This document shows, in pieces, positions 47,055 to 56,015 of a DNA stretch of 64,000 nt. Source of the stretch: a virus; the IMG/VR virus record IMGVR_UViG_3300025304_000053. One strand, 5' to 3'. The notes under the pieces were generated by a model, which worked only from the letters and a program-made list of their open reading frames with translations, was not told where the DNA came from and made no database searches. The position numbers were made by a program, and so were the translations under genes. Position 1 is the stretch's first letter, and every line of letters begins with the position of its first letter.

Positions 47055-49763
47055 ATGCCAGAATTAGCCTCGATCATCTGGGCAGACGGCCCGTCTACGC
47101 AGCCGCAGCAGCCGCCTAAGTCCAAGATCAGGGCATGGGGCGCATGGCTTGAAGGCCTGATTACCGCCTTCACCTCAAACGGCGGTCTGATCTATTCTTC
47201 GTTGGCACTCCTCAATGCCGACCTTGCCCATGCCGCCAATTCCATGGCGTGGGTTTACGGCGACGCGACCGTTGCTAACAACGGCGTGTACGGCAAGGTC
47301 GGTGCCTCTGGCGTCGGCTCATGGACACGCCGCAGCGACCTGCCGTTCTCGTTCATCATCGCCAACGACGCCGGCGCGGGCACGCCGAATGCTATAATCG
47401 CCACCACCGCTATTCCCGTCGTTTCATCGGCGCTAGTGTGGATGAACGTTGCTGATACCAATACGTCGAGCCCCGTAACTGTCCAGTTCAATGGCGGGGC
47501 AGTCCTGACAATCAAGGCAAATAGCGGAAACGACATCATCCCTGACGGCTTGATCGCAGGCATGATCATTTTGGGCATTGTGTCTGGCACAACTTTCCGA
47601 CTGATTAGCGACCAGGCAAGCGCTGCTTTTCTGGCAGCTGCAGAAGCGGCACGAGACGCGGCCCTTGCTGCGCAGGCCGCAGCTGAAGTTGCACGCACTG
47701 GAGCCGAAGCCGCGCAGGCCGGTGCCGAGGAAGCTCGTGATGAAGCGGTCTCTATCGTCACCGGTGGTTTCTTCATCCAGAACGATGTCACCTACACCAT
47801 CGGCTCAGGTCAGACCTACGCGACGATTGCCGCGGCGCTCACCGCCCTCAAGACCAGGTATATCCTTCCAGGGGTAATTGTGACTTTGGCAGTGGTCGGA
47901 CATGTCGACTGTGGGGCGTCTATAGGCATTTGGCAGCATGTCTGCGCAAACCAGATCAGGATAAGGCCGGCAACAGGGAGTGAGCCGCTGACGCCGACAT
48001 TGACTGGTGTGCAGTCGGTTACCGGGTCGCGGGGAAACTATAGCGTCACTTATAACTTTTCCAGCGTTGCCGGCATCAGCGTCGGCGACGTGCTTTTGCT
48101 CAAGGACTTCCCGCAGTCCTTTCAGACGCAGGGAGGCCAAGCGGCGCCCCAGCGGGGCGGATGGGCTTACGGGCTCACCAATGCCGGTATTATGCATGCC
48201 GTGGCGACCGTCGCCTCTGGGACACCAACGACGATTACCCTGTCGGGAGGCACTACCCCAGTTTTCACGACGGACATGATTGTCGTCTTCCTCGGTCAGA
48301 TCAGGAAGGTGACGGCGGTTGCCGGGTCCACGATCACCGTGAACGCGGCATTCAAGCAGTTCGGCACAAGCATTGTCTATTACATGCTCCTCGCCACTGA
48401 GGCAGGCACTATGACGGTCTCCTCCGGCAACGCGACCGGGACCGGAACTGCTTTCCTATCCAGAGCAAACCCAGGCGACACAATCCTTATCGCCGATGGC
48501 AACGATAGCCTAGCGAGGGTGAATTCCGTCTCGTCGGACACAGCGCTCGCGTTCGATCGGACATTCACGGTCGGGTCCGGTTCCTACTTCGCCATCATCA
48601 ATCATCCCGGACAGCATGAAGGCGCTTTCAAGGTGACGGCTGTCGACGCAGTGAACAACCGCGTAACGGTAGCTAACCTGTCGAAAGCAGAGTGGCTCCC
48701 AGGGGTAAGAGGTTTCACGAGCGCGACTGCCAAGGTTATTCGCGCAACACTGTTCGCGAGCGCGGATGGCATTCAGATCAACGCGCCGAAACTCGATATC
48801 GATGACGTCGGTATCGTGGGGACGGCTGGCGTTGGAAACGGCATCTCCGCTGATGGACAGAGCGGTTACGCGATCTCGTCGATCACTCTCGGAGCTGGGA
48901 CGCCAGTCATCGGATGGAACGTCGGTGTAAACCTTCTTAATGGGTCAAACCTATATGCGCAGGAAGGTTATTTGTGTGGCAACACCTACGCGGGGCTAAA
49001 TATCGCCCGAGCGACAGCCGATCTCGATAGCGCATTTGCTTGTGGCAACGGGCAATACGGTGTGGTTGGTGACTGCGGCGGGTTTCGCGCAAGTCGCTTG
49101 CATGCGAACTGCAACACCATCGGCTTCAGGCAGCAGGTTGGCGGCAACGCCTATTCCGACTGGTCCTCGTTTGCCGGCAATTCGGAGGCTCACATCCTCA
49201 GCGAAAACAAGTCGTTTGTTCAGTTTGTGGGCGCCACCTGTCTGCATGGCGGGCGCAGCGGATCCGGTTCAGTGGTCTGCTTCGATGCGCAAAACGGTGG
49301 CGGTGGTCGCATCACGGGCCTTTCGTGCATTGGCAACTACGGTGGAACCAACATTGCCGGCTCGGGGACGGCGGCTTTCGAGATGCACTACGCAACGCTC
49401 ATCGCCAACAATGGCATTGGCATCAACCCGCGAGGCGTAAGCGTGATCGAGGGCGATGCGGTGGGTGTGGTCGGCAATACCGGTCAGGGGATCTACGTCG
49501 AAAAAGCCGGGCAGTATGCAGGCAACGGAATGCATATCCGCGATAACAAGTCCGGTGGCGTGATCTCCACTCAAGGCGGGAAATTCATTTCGACTTCCGC
49601 CTACTCGGACGACAATGCGACGTATGACTATACGGTCAGCACAGGTGGCTATCTGCTAGCCAACGCCTACTTGGGGACGCCCGTCTTCGGCGCCACGCTC
49701 AATAAAATCTTGGGCGGCGGCGCGTTGGTAACTGACGGATCTCAGGTCTCGATGGGCCCCTAA
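47055..49763 (+). CDS. Tail fibre/spike with probable beta-helix (depolymerase-like) C-terminus
   Basis: N-terminal anchor, Ala-rich coiled linker, Gly/Asn-rich repeats (GN..YG) typical of right-handed beta helices. Confidence 0.75.
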   Translation: MPELASIIWADGPSTQPQQPPKSKIRAWGAWLEGLITAFTSNGGLIYSSLALLNADLAHAANSMAWVYGDATVANNGVYGKVGASGVGSWTRRSDLPFSFIIANDAGAGTPNAIIATTAIPVVSSALVWMNVADTNTSSPVTVQFNGGAVLTIKANSGNDIIPDGLIAGMIILGIVSGTTFRLISDQASAAFLAAAEAARDAALAAQAAAEVARTGAEAAQAGAEEARDEAVSIVTGGFFIQNDVTYTIGSGQTYATIAAALTALKTRYILPGVIVTLAVVGHVDCGASIGIWQHVCANQIRIRPATGSEPLTPTLTGVQSVTGSRGNYSVTYNFSSVAGISVGDVLLLKDFPQSFQTQGGQAAPQRGGWAYGLTNAGIMHAVATVASGTPTTITLSGGTTPVFTTDMIVVFLGQIRKVTAVAGSTITVNAAFKQFGTSIVYYMLLATEAGTMTVSSGNATGTGTAFLSRANPGDTILIADGNDSLARVNSVSSDTALAFDRTFTVGSGSYFAIINHPGQHEGAFKVTAVDAVNNRVTVANLSKAEWLPGVRGFTSATAKVIRATLFASADGIQINAPKLDIDDVGIVGTAGVGNGISADGQSGYAISSITLGAGTPVIGWNVGVNLLNGSNLYAQEGYLCGNTYAGLNIARATADLDSAFACGNGQYGVVGDCGGFRASRLHANCNTIGFRQQVGGNAYSDWSSFAGNSEAHILSENKSFVQFVGATCLHGGRSGSGSVVCFDAQNGGGGRITGLSCIGNYGGTNIAGSGTAAFEMHYATLIANNGIGINPRGVSVIEGDAVGVVGNTGQGIYVEKAGQYAGNGMHIRDNKSGGVISTQGGKFISTSAYSDDNATYDYTVSTGGYLLANAYLGTPVFGATLNKILGGGALVTDGSQVSMGP

Positions 49764-49775
49764 AGGGCCCGTCAG

Positions 49776-49976
49776 TTAAACGGGGATTCCCTTTATTTTC
49801 ACGCTCAGACCATTGACTACAGATTCGAAATATTCGCAATCGATGATGTAGTTTCCTGCCCACGGGTCACCGGTTGTCCTGCACCGTTCTATCTCCCATC
49901 GCTCGTGCTCAGTGATGGGACCTTCATAAATCGTTATTAGCGACGCCTCGGATAATTTTTCGGAATGTTTCGGCAT
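49776..49976 (-). CDS. Small antisense hypothetical protein
   Basis: AT-richer ORF converging on the tail fibre gene; GGGGATG SD. Confidence 0.5.
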   Translation of the reverse strand: MPKHSEKLSEASLITIYEGPITEHERWEIERCRTTGDPWAGNYIIDCEYFESVVNGLSVKIKGIPV

Positions 49977-50122
49977 ACCTCATCCCCCAGATGAAAACCG
50001 ATCCAATCATAACGCAACCTATCCTAGCACGCCAGCTATGGCGTGCGTTTCTGGCGTTTAAAAATGGGTGAGGTCATCACTCACGACCGATCCACCAGCC
50101 CCATCGCCACCCAGAGACCGAA

Positions 50123-50401
50123 ATGAAACTCATCACCATATGGCGACGTGTGCTTTTGCACGTCAGGTCGCTTCTGCTACCTGACGCAAAGGCCATCGCA
50201 AAGCGCGCCTGGTCGCTCCGCTTCATCGAGCTCGCAGCTGCGGCCGACATCATCCTCAACATCGTGCCCGTGATCGGCGACTGGCTGCCGTGGTGGCTCA
50301 CGCTGCTGCTGCTTGGCGGCGCTTGGTTAGCGCGACTGGTGTTGCAGCCTGCGGCGCCCGCGACGGAACCCGAAAAGGAGGCAGTGAATGCCAATAAATA
50401 G
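50123..50401 (+). CDS. Putative holin
   Basis: Hydrophobic segments; immediately before the endolysin. Confidence 0.55.
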   Translation: MKLITIWRRVLLHVRSLLLPDAKAIAKRAWSLRFIELAAAADIILNIVPVIGDWLPWWLTLLLLGGAWLARLVLQPAAPATEPEKEAVNANK

Positions 50402-50975
50402 AATTTTCGCCACCAAGCGAGCGAAGGCGCTTGTCGCGTCTATCGCGGCGGCTGCGGTCAGCGGCATGGTCGCGATTTTCCCAGGCCGGTCGCCTGTCCA
50501 CGACGATACGGCTCTCGCAATCAAGATCCTGCAGCCATGGGAAGGCCGGTCCCTCGTGGCATATCTGGACACACTACCTACCAAGCCAGTTTGGACCATC
50601 TGCGATGGCGACACGGACAACGTTCGCAAAGGTATGGTCGAGACCAACGCTGGTTGTGACGCGCGCGTAGCCAAGAAGATGGAGCGCGATTACCGGCCGT
50701 ATCTAGTCAAGTGCGTTGCTAACTGGGAGAAGGCTCCGCTTAGTTGGCGCGGCTCGATGTTGACGCTCTCGTGGAACGTCGGCGTCGGCGCAACCTGCAA
50801 TTCGATGGCTGTCCGCCTTGCCCGGGAAGGCAATTACAAGGAAAGCTGCGAAGCGGCTACTGCCTTCAATAAAGCGGGCGGCAAGGTGTTGCGCGGCCTA
50901 GTTAACCGCCGCGAGATGGGTGACGCACAGCGCGCCGGCGAGGCAGAGGTTTGTGTATCGGGGCTCCCAGCATGA
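50388..50975 (+). CDS. Endolysin, GH24 lysozyme with SAR-like N-terminus
   Basis: Ala-rich N-terminal helix; WEG...YLD......WTIC.G catalytic triad region; GLVNRR. Confidence 0.88.
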   Translation: MPINRIFATKRAKALVASIAAAAVSGMVAIFPGRSPVHDDTALAIKILQPWEGRSLVAYLDTLPTKPVWTICDGDTDNVRKGMVETNAGCDARVAKKMERDYRPYLVKCVANWEKAPLSWRGSMLTLSWNVGVGATCNSMAVRLAREGNYKESCEAATAFNKAGGKVLRGLVNRREMGDAQRAGEAEVCVSGLPA

Positions 50976-51343
50976 TCGCCTTCCTCCTAAGCCCCATCGG
51001 GCGCTGGCTGATGGGTATTCTCGCCGCTGGCGCCTTGCTCACCGGCGCCTACCTCTACGTCGACCACCAAGGCTACCAGCGGGCCGCCGCGCACTATGAG
51101 CAGCGCATCGCCGTAATGCAGCGGGACGCGGCCGAAGCAGACGCCAACGAACAGCGCAGGCAGACGATCGCCAACAATGCTGCCAAGGCGCGTGAGGCCG
51201 CAGCTATTGCCGCGCTCGAGGCCGAACAATCCACCACCGAAGAACTCCGAAGGAGGCTGGCCAGTGAAGCTCAGCAAGATCCTGACGCTGGCCGTGTTGC
51301 CCTTGGCGCTGGCGGCGTGCAGCGTATCAACAAGGTCCGTTAG
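50972..51343 (+). CDS. Rz-like inner-membrane spanin
   Basis: N-terminal TM plus coiled coil after the endolysin. Confidence 0.75.
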   Translation: MIAFLLSPIGRWLMGILAAGALLTGAYLYVDHQGYQRAAAHYEQRIAVMQRDAAEADANEQRRQTIANNAAKAREAAAIAALEAEQSTTEELRRRLASEAQQDPDAGRVALGAGGVQRINKVR

Positions 51344-51566
51344 TCCGGTCAAGCCGCCGGCGATCGTCGCCCCGGATAGCAAGCTTCTCAAGGCGTGCGG
51401 GCTGCCAGTCGATCTCGGCACGAAGCCGCTGACGCAGGCGCGGCTTGAAGACCTGTGGATCGCCGACAGATCGGCGCTGCTGGACTGCTACCGCCGCCAC
51501 CTGGCTTTGCGGAATTATATCGTCAGCCGTGATGACGACCTCCGTGGCGGGAAGGGCGGTAATTGA
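51264..51566 (+). CDS. Rz1-like outer-membrane lipoprotein spanin
   Basis: AGGAGG SD, GTG start, lipobox LAAC, Pro-rich, overlaps Rz. Confidence 0.78.
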   Translation: MKLSKILTLAVLPLALAACSVSTRSVSPVKPPAIVAPDSKLLKACGLPVDLGTKPLTQARLEDLWIADRSALLDCYRRHLALRNYIVSRDDDLRGGKGGN

Positions 51567-51868
51567 TGGATGCTCTACTAGCTGCCGTCGGCCCACTGAT
51601 TCCCGTTGTCGGATTTATCCTCACCGTATGGTGGAAGGTGGAAACCAAGATTGACAAAGCCGCCGCAAAAGCCGAGGCGGCGCAGAAGGATCTGGCCGCC
51701 CACAAGCTCCATGCGGCAGAGACCTTCGCCACGAAGGCCGGGATGCAGGAACAGACGACCCAGATTATGCGGGCAATCGAGGGAGTTGGCAACCGTATCG
51801 ACGGAGTCCATGAGCGGCTCGATCGGATGTACGAAAGCCAGCCGGTGCGGCGTTCAACTCGTACTTGA
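51563..51868 (+). CDS. Membrane protein of lysis module (holin-like)
   Basis: N-terminal TM plus coiled coil. Confidence 0.55.
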   Translation: MMDALLAAVGPLIPVVGFILTVWWKVETKIDKAAAKAEAAQKDLAAHKLHAAETFATKAGMQEQTTQIMRAIEGVGNRIDGVHERLDRMYESQPVRRSTRT

Positions 51869-51912
51869 TTCAAAAAACCAATACCTTTCTGCAATAACAG
51901 ATTTCTTATTTC

Positions 51913-51949
51913 AGCCCCTCTTCCTTGACCGGGAGAGGGGCTTTTTTTT
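51913..51949 (+). terminator. End of late operon terminator
   Basis: AGCCCCTCT/AGAGGGGCT stem + T8. Confidence 0.85.
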
Positions 51950-51957
51950 GTTTAATC

Positions 51958-51986
51958 TTGACAAATTTGTAAAAACCATCTATTGA
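51958..51986 (+). promoter_or_regulatory. Operator A/promoter of the right accessory operon
   Basis: TTGACAAATTTGTAAAAA-17 nt-TATTGA. Confidence 0.8.
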
Positions 51987-52067
51987 TTAAGCATCGGCCA
52001 CCAACCGATGCGGCCACCAACCGCCATGCGCTCACCGGCGCCACACCACACCAGCAGAGGAGGCCGT

Positions 52068-52733
52068 ATGACCTATCTTAGACGCACTCTCCATGCATGC
52101 GCATTCGTCGCCGTCGGCGCGGCAGGATTTTTCGCTCCAGATGCGGCGGCATTCGTCAATGCTGCGACAGATCCGGTACCGCCGTCTGTGACAAACACCG
52201 AATCAGCATCAGTGATGGTTCTTTTGCCGCAAAGTACCGGATCCGGAGTTGCGATCGGTGGAGGCGCAATTCTCACCGCTGCCCACGTCGTCGGTGACGA
52301 AAAGCAGGTTACCATCAAGAGCAGGGATGGAGCCGAGACGCCTGCGGAGGTGCTTTGGGCTAGTAAAGCCTATGACATCGCGCTGGTAAAAACAGACCAT
52401 GCCATTCCGTCAGCCACCATCGACTGCAAGTCCGCGTCCGTCGGCGACGCCATAATGACTGTCGGAAACCCGCTTGGTATGCAGTTCATTTCCACATACG
52501 GAAAGATCGCGGGTGAACCCAGAGAGATGGGGCCTTGGAAGACTGTGTTCGTCACGGATCTGACCGTCATCATGGGGAATAGCGGTGGCCCGGTCTTCTC
52601 GGGTGGGAAGCTGGTGGGGATTGCTGTAGGCGTTCTCGGAGTGCCGGAAGAAAACGGCGCCAAGTCATATCTGGGGCTAAGCACGGTGGTGCCGTCGTCG
52701 GTTGTCTGCTCGCTGATGGGGAGGGTGGAGTGA
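52068..52733 (+). CDS. Trypsin-like (S1) serine protease with N-terminal signal/TM
   Basis: TAAHV (His), DIAL (Asp), GNSGG (Ser); no PDZ domain. Confidence 0.9.
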   Translation: MTYLRRTLHACAFVAVGAAGFFAPDAAAFVNAATDPVPPSVTNTESASVMVLLPQSTGSGVAIGGGAILTAAHVVGDEKQVTIKSRDGAETPAEVLWASKAYDIALVKTDHAIPSATIDCKSASVGDAIMTVGNPLGMQFISTYGKIAGEPREMGPWKTVFVTDLTVIMGNSGGPVFSGGKLVGIAVGVLGVPEENGAKSYLGLSTVVPSSVVCSLMGRVE

Positions 52734-52873
52734 TGGCCGCTCGCACCGCAGTCACCCAACTCGAAATCGCGGCGCATTGGCTCAATGAAGCCGGACGCCA
52801 CTTCGCCGATCTGAAGCAGTTCGATCAGGCCGAGAATTGCAAGCGCGTCGCCAAGAAGGATGCCCGCACATGA
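52733..52873 (+). CDS. Small hypothetical protein (46 aa)
   Basis: Hand-translated MAARTAVTQLE...; coupled at both ends. Confidence 0.55.
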   Translation: MAARTAVTQLEIAAHWLNEAGRHFADLKQFDQAENCKRVAKKDART

Positions 52874-53283
52874 CCTCCCGCCTCATCGTCATCAACACAT
52901 GCTGGGTCGCGCTCGTCGTCTGGGCCACGGTCATGGGCTATACGCAGTTCGTGTTTACGCATGACATTTCAGGCCTGTCCTATGTGATCAGCGCGCTGTT
53001 GGCCGTTGCAGTGGTTGCAGCCTTTGCCGGTCGCTCCAATTTCCTGCCGCACGTCAAGCTGTGGTTCGTCATGCTTGGCCTGATAGGCAATATTTGCGGA
53101 TTCGTGCTTGCTCTGCATGGGATGGCCGGTGGCTCGCTCGGTGATGCGGATGGCCTCATGAAGATGGCGACCGCGCTCCTCGATGGCATGTCCGTGGCGT
53201 TCTGCTCGACGCTGGTTGGTGCGATCGCAGCGCTGTGGACGAGCACTAACGCTTGGATTCTCGGGCTGGCGGCAAGCGAATGA
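52870..53283 (+). CDS. MotA/TolQ/ExbB-like membrane protein
   Basis: LGLIGNICG (cf. GLLGTV.G) and GMSVAFCSTLVG (cf. G...AL.TT..G). Confidence 0.7.
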   Translation: MTSRLIVINTCWVALVVWATVMGYTQFVFTHDISGLSYVISALLAVAVVAAFAGRSNFLPHVKLWFVMLGLIGNICGFVLALHGMAGGSLGDADGLMKMATALLDGMSVAFCSTLVGAIAALWTSTNAWILGLAASE

Positions 53284-53819
53284 TCCGCACCCTCATCCAA
53301 GACGTTCTTCTTGCCATGCTGCTTGGCGTGGTGGCGGTTGTTATGTTCATCCTGCCGTCTGTCAATCCCGCCGCCCAAGAAGACCCCATGTCGCAGCCCG
53401 GCAACCTTGTTGTCAGTGCGGCATGGCCAGCCGGAAACATCGACGTGGACCTGTGGGTCCAGTTCGGCAACGAGCAGGCGGTTGGCTACAGCAACAAGTC
53501 AGGTCGCGTATTCAGCCTGCTGCGCGACGACCTCGGCACGTCAAACGACCTGTCGGACCTGAACTATGAGTCCGCGTTCACGCGCGGGCTTCCAGATGGC
53601 GAGTATGCAGTCAACGTCCGGTGTTACGGTTGCCTTGCGCCGCCCGTGCCTGTGTCGGTCGAAATACGATTGGCCGATGGAGGGCTGGTTTGGAAGGGCG
53701 TGGTCACGCTGGTGACTGACAAGCAGGAGCGGACTGCACTGCGGTGGAAGATGAAGGACGGGGCCGTGGTGACTGGCTCGGCGTCGAATGTGTTCAAAGA
53801 GATGAAGAGGAGTGGGTGA
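53280..53819 (+). CDS. MotB/ExbD-like single-TM protein with periplasmic beta domain
   Basis: Asp in N-terminal TM (QDVLLAMLLG); DVDLWV...DDLG...NYE pattern. Confidence 0.55.
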   Translation: MIRTLIQDVLLAMLLGVVAVVMFILPSVNPAAQEDPMSQPGNLVVSAAWPAGNIDVDLWVQFGNEQAVGYSNKSGRVFSLLRDDLGTSNDLSDLNYESAFTRGLPDGEYAVNVRCYGCLAPPVPVSVEIRLADGGLVWKGVVTLVTDKQERTALRWKMKDGAVVTGSASNVFKEMKRSG

Positions 53820-53986
53820 TGGATACCAATAGGTTCATAGTGGGCGGCGCGGTCGGCGCCGCTATCACGGGACTCGCCGTAGCGGCTGTTGTTGCCTTCG
53901 GTGTCACAACAATCCCAGGATGGATCGTCATCTTTTACGTCGCGGCGCTCACTGGGGCGGCAACTGTGGCGGGGGGCCGGACATGA
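53819..53986 (+). CDS. Small two-TM protein
   Basis: Hydrophobic, coupled. Confidence 0.55.
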   Translation: MDTNRFIVGGAVGAAITGLAVAAVVAFGVTTIPGWIVIFYVAALTGAATVAGGRT

Positions 53987-54159
53987 CCAGCAACACACAC
54001 ACGGCAATCGTAACTGTCACCTTTCAGGTTGAATTTGAGGATGATGGCGAACTAGCCATCATGGATCAAGCCCATGAAGCCGCGATTGCGCGTTTCAACG
54101 AAAACGAAATATGGGACTCCAAGGTCGACGAAATCCACGAATTGGCGGTGATCGCATGA
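53983..54159 (+). CDS. Small acidic protein
   Basis: ATGA coupled. Confidence 0.55.
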   Translation: MTSNTHTAIVTVTFQVEFEDDGELAIMDQAHEAAIARFNENEIWDSKVDEIHELAVIA

Positions 54160-54578
54160 CCCCAGCCATCACCCTCTGGCTCGCCTTCGTCTTAGCCGTC
54201 GGCGCCGTCACGTGGTTCGGCACCCGCCGCCAAGCCATCGCCTTTACGGTCATATCCATAGCCACCGCGCCAGCCGTACTGCTGACGCTAGGCCACCCAT
54301 CGACACTCAGCCCTCCGGCGCAAGCAACCGTCCTCGGCGCGCGCATCGACGTCGACAAGGCCATCTACGTTCTGCTCGATGGCCCTATCCCGAAATACTA
54401 CGTCCTGCCGTATTCGACCGGCGCGGCGAACCAGTTGAAGGCAGCTATGGATGGCGCGGCCGACGGGCAGGGTTCCGTGTCCATGCGTATCGGTGAGGAT
54501 GGCTCGCCTGGATTTGCAGAAGAAGTGCCGCCGGCCACGCCTGAGAAGCGGGCCGAGCGGGCGATGTTGGGAGGTTGA
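54156..54578 (+). CDS. Membrane protein (two TM + periplasmic domain)
   Basis: Two N-terminal hydrophobic helices; IYVLLD...PKYYVLPY. Confidence 0.65.
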   Translation: MTPAITLWLAFVLAVGAVTWFGTRRQAIAFTVISIATAPAVLLTLGHPSTLSPPAQATVLGARIDVDKAIYVLLDGPIPKYYVLPYSTGAANQLKAAMDGAADGQGSVSMRIGEDGSPGFAEEVPPATPEKRAERAMLGG

Positions 54579-54582
54579 TGCT

Positions 54583-54774
54583 GTGGATGATTGGATAGAA
54601 TGGAATGGCGGCGATTGTCCGGTAGACCCCGACACGTTGGTATGCATCAGGATGCGCGATGGCGAAGAGAGCCTCCCAGAGTGGCGCATTAAAGCCAGCG
54701 GATGGTTCTGGCACCACCGCGACAGCATTGGCGACATCGTTGCGTACCTCATCATAAAGGAACCCACCAATTGA
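54583..54774 (+). CDS. Small WNGG-motif phage protein
   Basis: GGAGG SD, GTG start; WIEWNGGDCPV...DIVAY. Confidence 0.6.
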   Translation: MDDWIEWNGGDCPVDPDTLVCIRMRDGEESLPEWRIKASGWFWHHRDSIGDIVAYLIIKEPTN

Positions 54775-56015
54775 CCACACCACCACTCACCGACGAACAA
54801 CTCGACGAAGCCGTCGCCGCCCTCAAGGAACACGGCAGCCAGGTCGCAGCCGCATCCGCCCTTGGCCTCGCGCGGTCTTCTTTCCAGAACCGCCTCAGAC
54901 GGGCGGCCGAACGCGGGATGCTTGGCGTTAAGCCGGTGTTGCCGGGGTTCCGCATCAGCCAGGTGACCTCCACGCCGAATGGTGACTTCGTCCAGCAGAA
55001 GCCGGAGCGCGGCGAAGAGTGGGCGCTGCCCGACGGCCATAGCGTCAAGGGCGTCTCGGCGCTCGTCGATGCGGAAGGGCGGACGATTCAGCAATGGATC
55101 AAGACGAAGGAAGAGCCGTCGGCCGTCGATATCGCCGCGATGCTTAAGTCGGCATTCGACGACGTTGCGCCAGCTGAGCCCATTCCAGCACCTCTCGTCT
55201 CGGAAGATGACCTTCTGACGCTCACGCCCCTCGCTGACTTCCATGTCGGTCTCTTCGCGTGGCATCGCGAAACCGGCGCGAACTGGGATCTGTCGATCGC
55301 CGAGCGAGTTATCGGTTCCGCTCTCGACGACTTGATTGCCAGAACTCCGCCGAGCGGTCATGCCATCGTTTTGGGCGGAGGCGATCTGCTCCACAGTGAT
55401 TCTAACGAGAACAAGACGGCAAAGTCTGGCAACGTCCTTCAGGTCGATGGGCGTTACCAGAAGGTGCTGATGACCGCCTGCAGGCTGGTCGTGCGCGCCA
55501 TTGACGCCAACCTCGCCCGCCACGGTCACGTGACCGTCCGTGTCTTGCCAGGCAATCACGACGAACACGCATCAGTCGCCGTCGCCTATTTCCTTCTGGC
55601 TTGGTACCGCAACGAGCCGCGGGTGACTGTCGACGTAGACCCGTCGCTGTTCTTCTGGTTCCGCTTCGGAAAGGTGCTGCTCGGGGCGACGCACGGCCAC
55701 ACCGTCAAGCTCAAAGATATGGCCAGTATCATGGCCCACCGCCGCGCTGAAGACTGGGGCGCGACGGTCCACCGGTTCATTCACGGGTTCCACATCCACC
55801 ACTCGAGCAAGTACGCGACAGAAGGCAATGGCGTGATTTCGGAATCGCACCAGACGCCTACGCCGCAGGACGCTTGGCACTGGGGCGCCGGCTTCTTGTC
55901 CGGTCGGTCGATGCAGGCGATCTCGTATCATCGCGAGTTCGGGGAAGTTTCGCGCGTGCGGGTCGCCATGATGGATGCGGCCAATGACAACGTGCCGTCG
56001 CGAGCGGCCGCGTGA
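54771..56015 (+). CDS. Calcineurin-like metallophosphoesterase with N-terminal HTH
   Basis: DFH, GGDLLH, GNHD, HGH, GFHIHH motifs. Confidence 0.85.
   Translation: MTTPPLTDEQLDEAVAALKEHGSQVAAASALGLARSSFQNRLRRAAERGMLGVKPVLPGFRISQVTSTPNGDFVQQKPERGEEWALPDGHSVKGVSALVDAEGRTIQQWIKTKEEPSAVDIAAMLKSAFDDVAPAEPIPAPLVSEDDLLTLTPLADFHVGLFAWHRETGANWDLSIAERVIGSALDDLIARTPPSGHAIVLGGGDLLHSDSNENKTAKSGNVLQVDGRYQKVLMTACRLVVRAIDANLARHGHVTVRVLPGNHDEHASVAVAYFLLAWYRNEPRVTVDVDPSLFFWFRFGKVLLGATHGHTVKLKDMASIMAHRRAEDWGATVHRFIHGFHIHHSSKYATEGNGVISESHQTPTPQDAWHWGAGFLSGRSMQAISYHREFGEVSRVRVAMMDAANDNVPSRAAA

Noticed and set aside
47055-49976. Diversity-generating retroelement or invertible tail-fibre cassette
   Set aside because: No reverse transcriptase, template repeat, invertase or inverted repeats were seen
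52870-53819. Complete Zorya defence system
   Set aside because: The MotA-like protein lacks the long ZorA tail, the partner lacks an OmpA-like domain, and no ZorC/D/E genes are present
54288-55568. 426-aa minus-strand ORF
   Set aside because: Shadow of the coupled plus-strand operon; composition typical of the reverse frame
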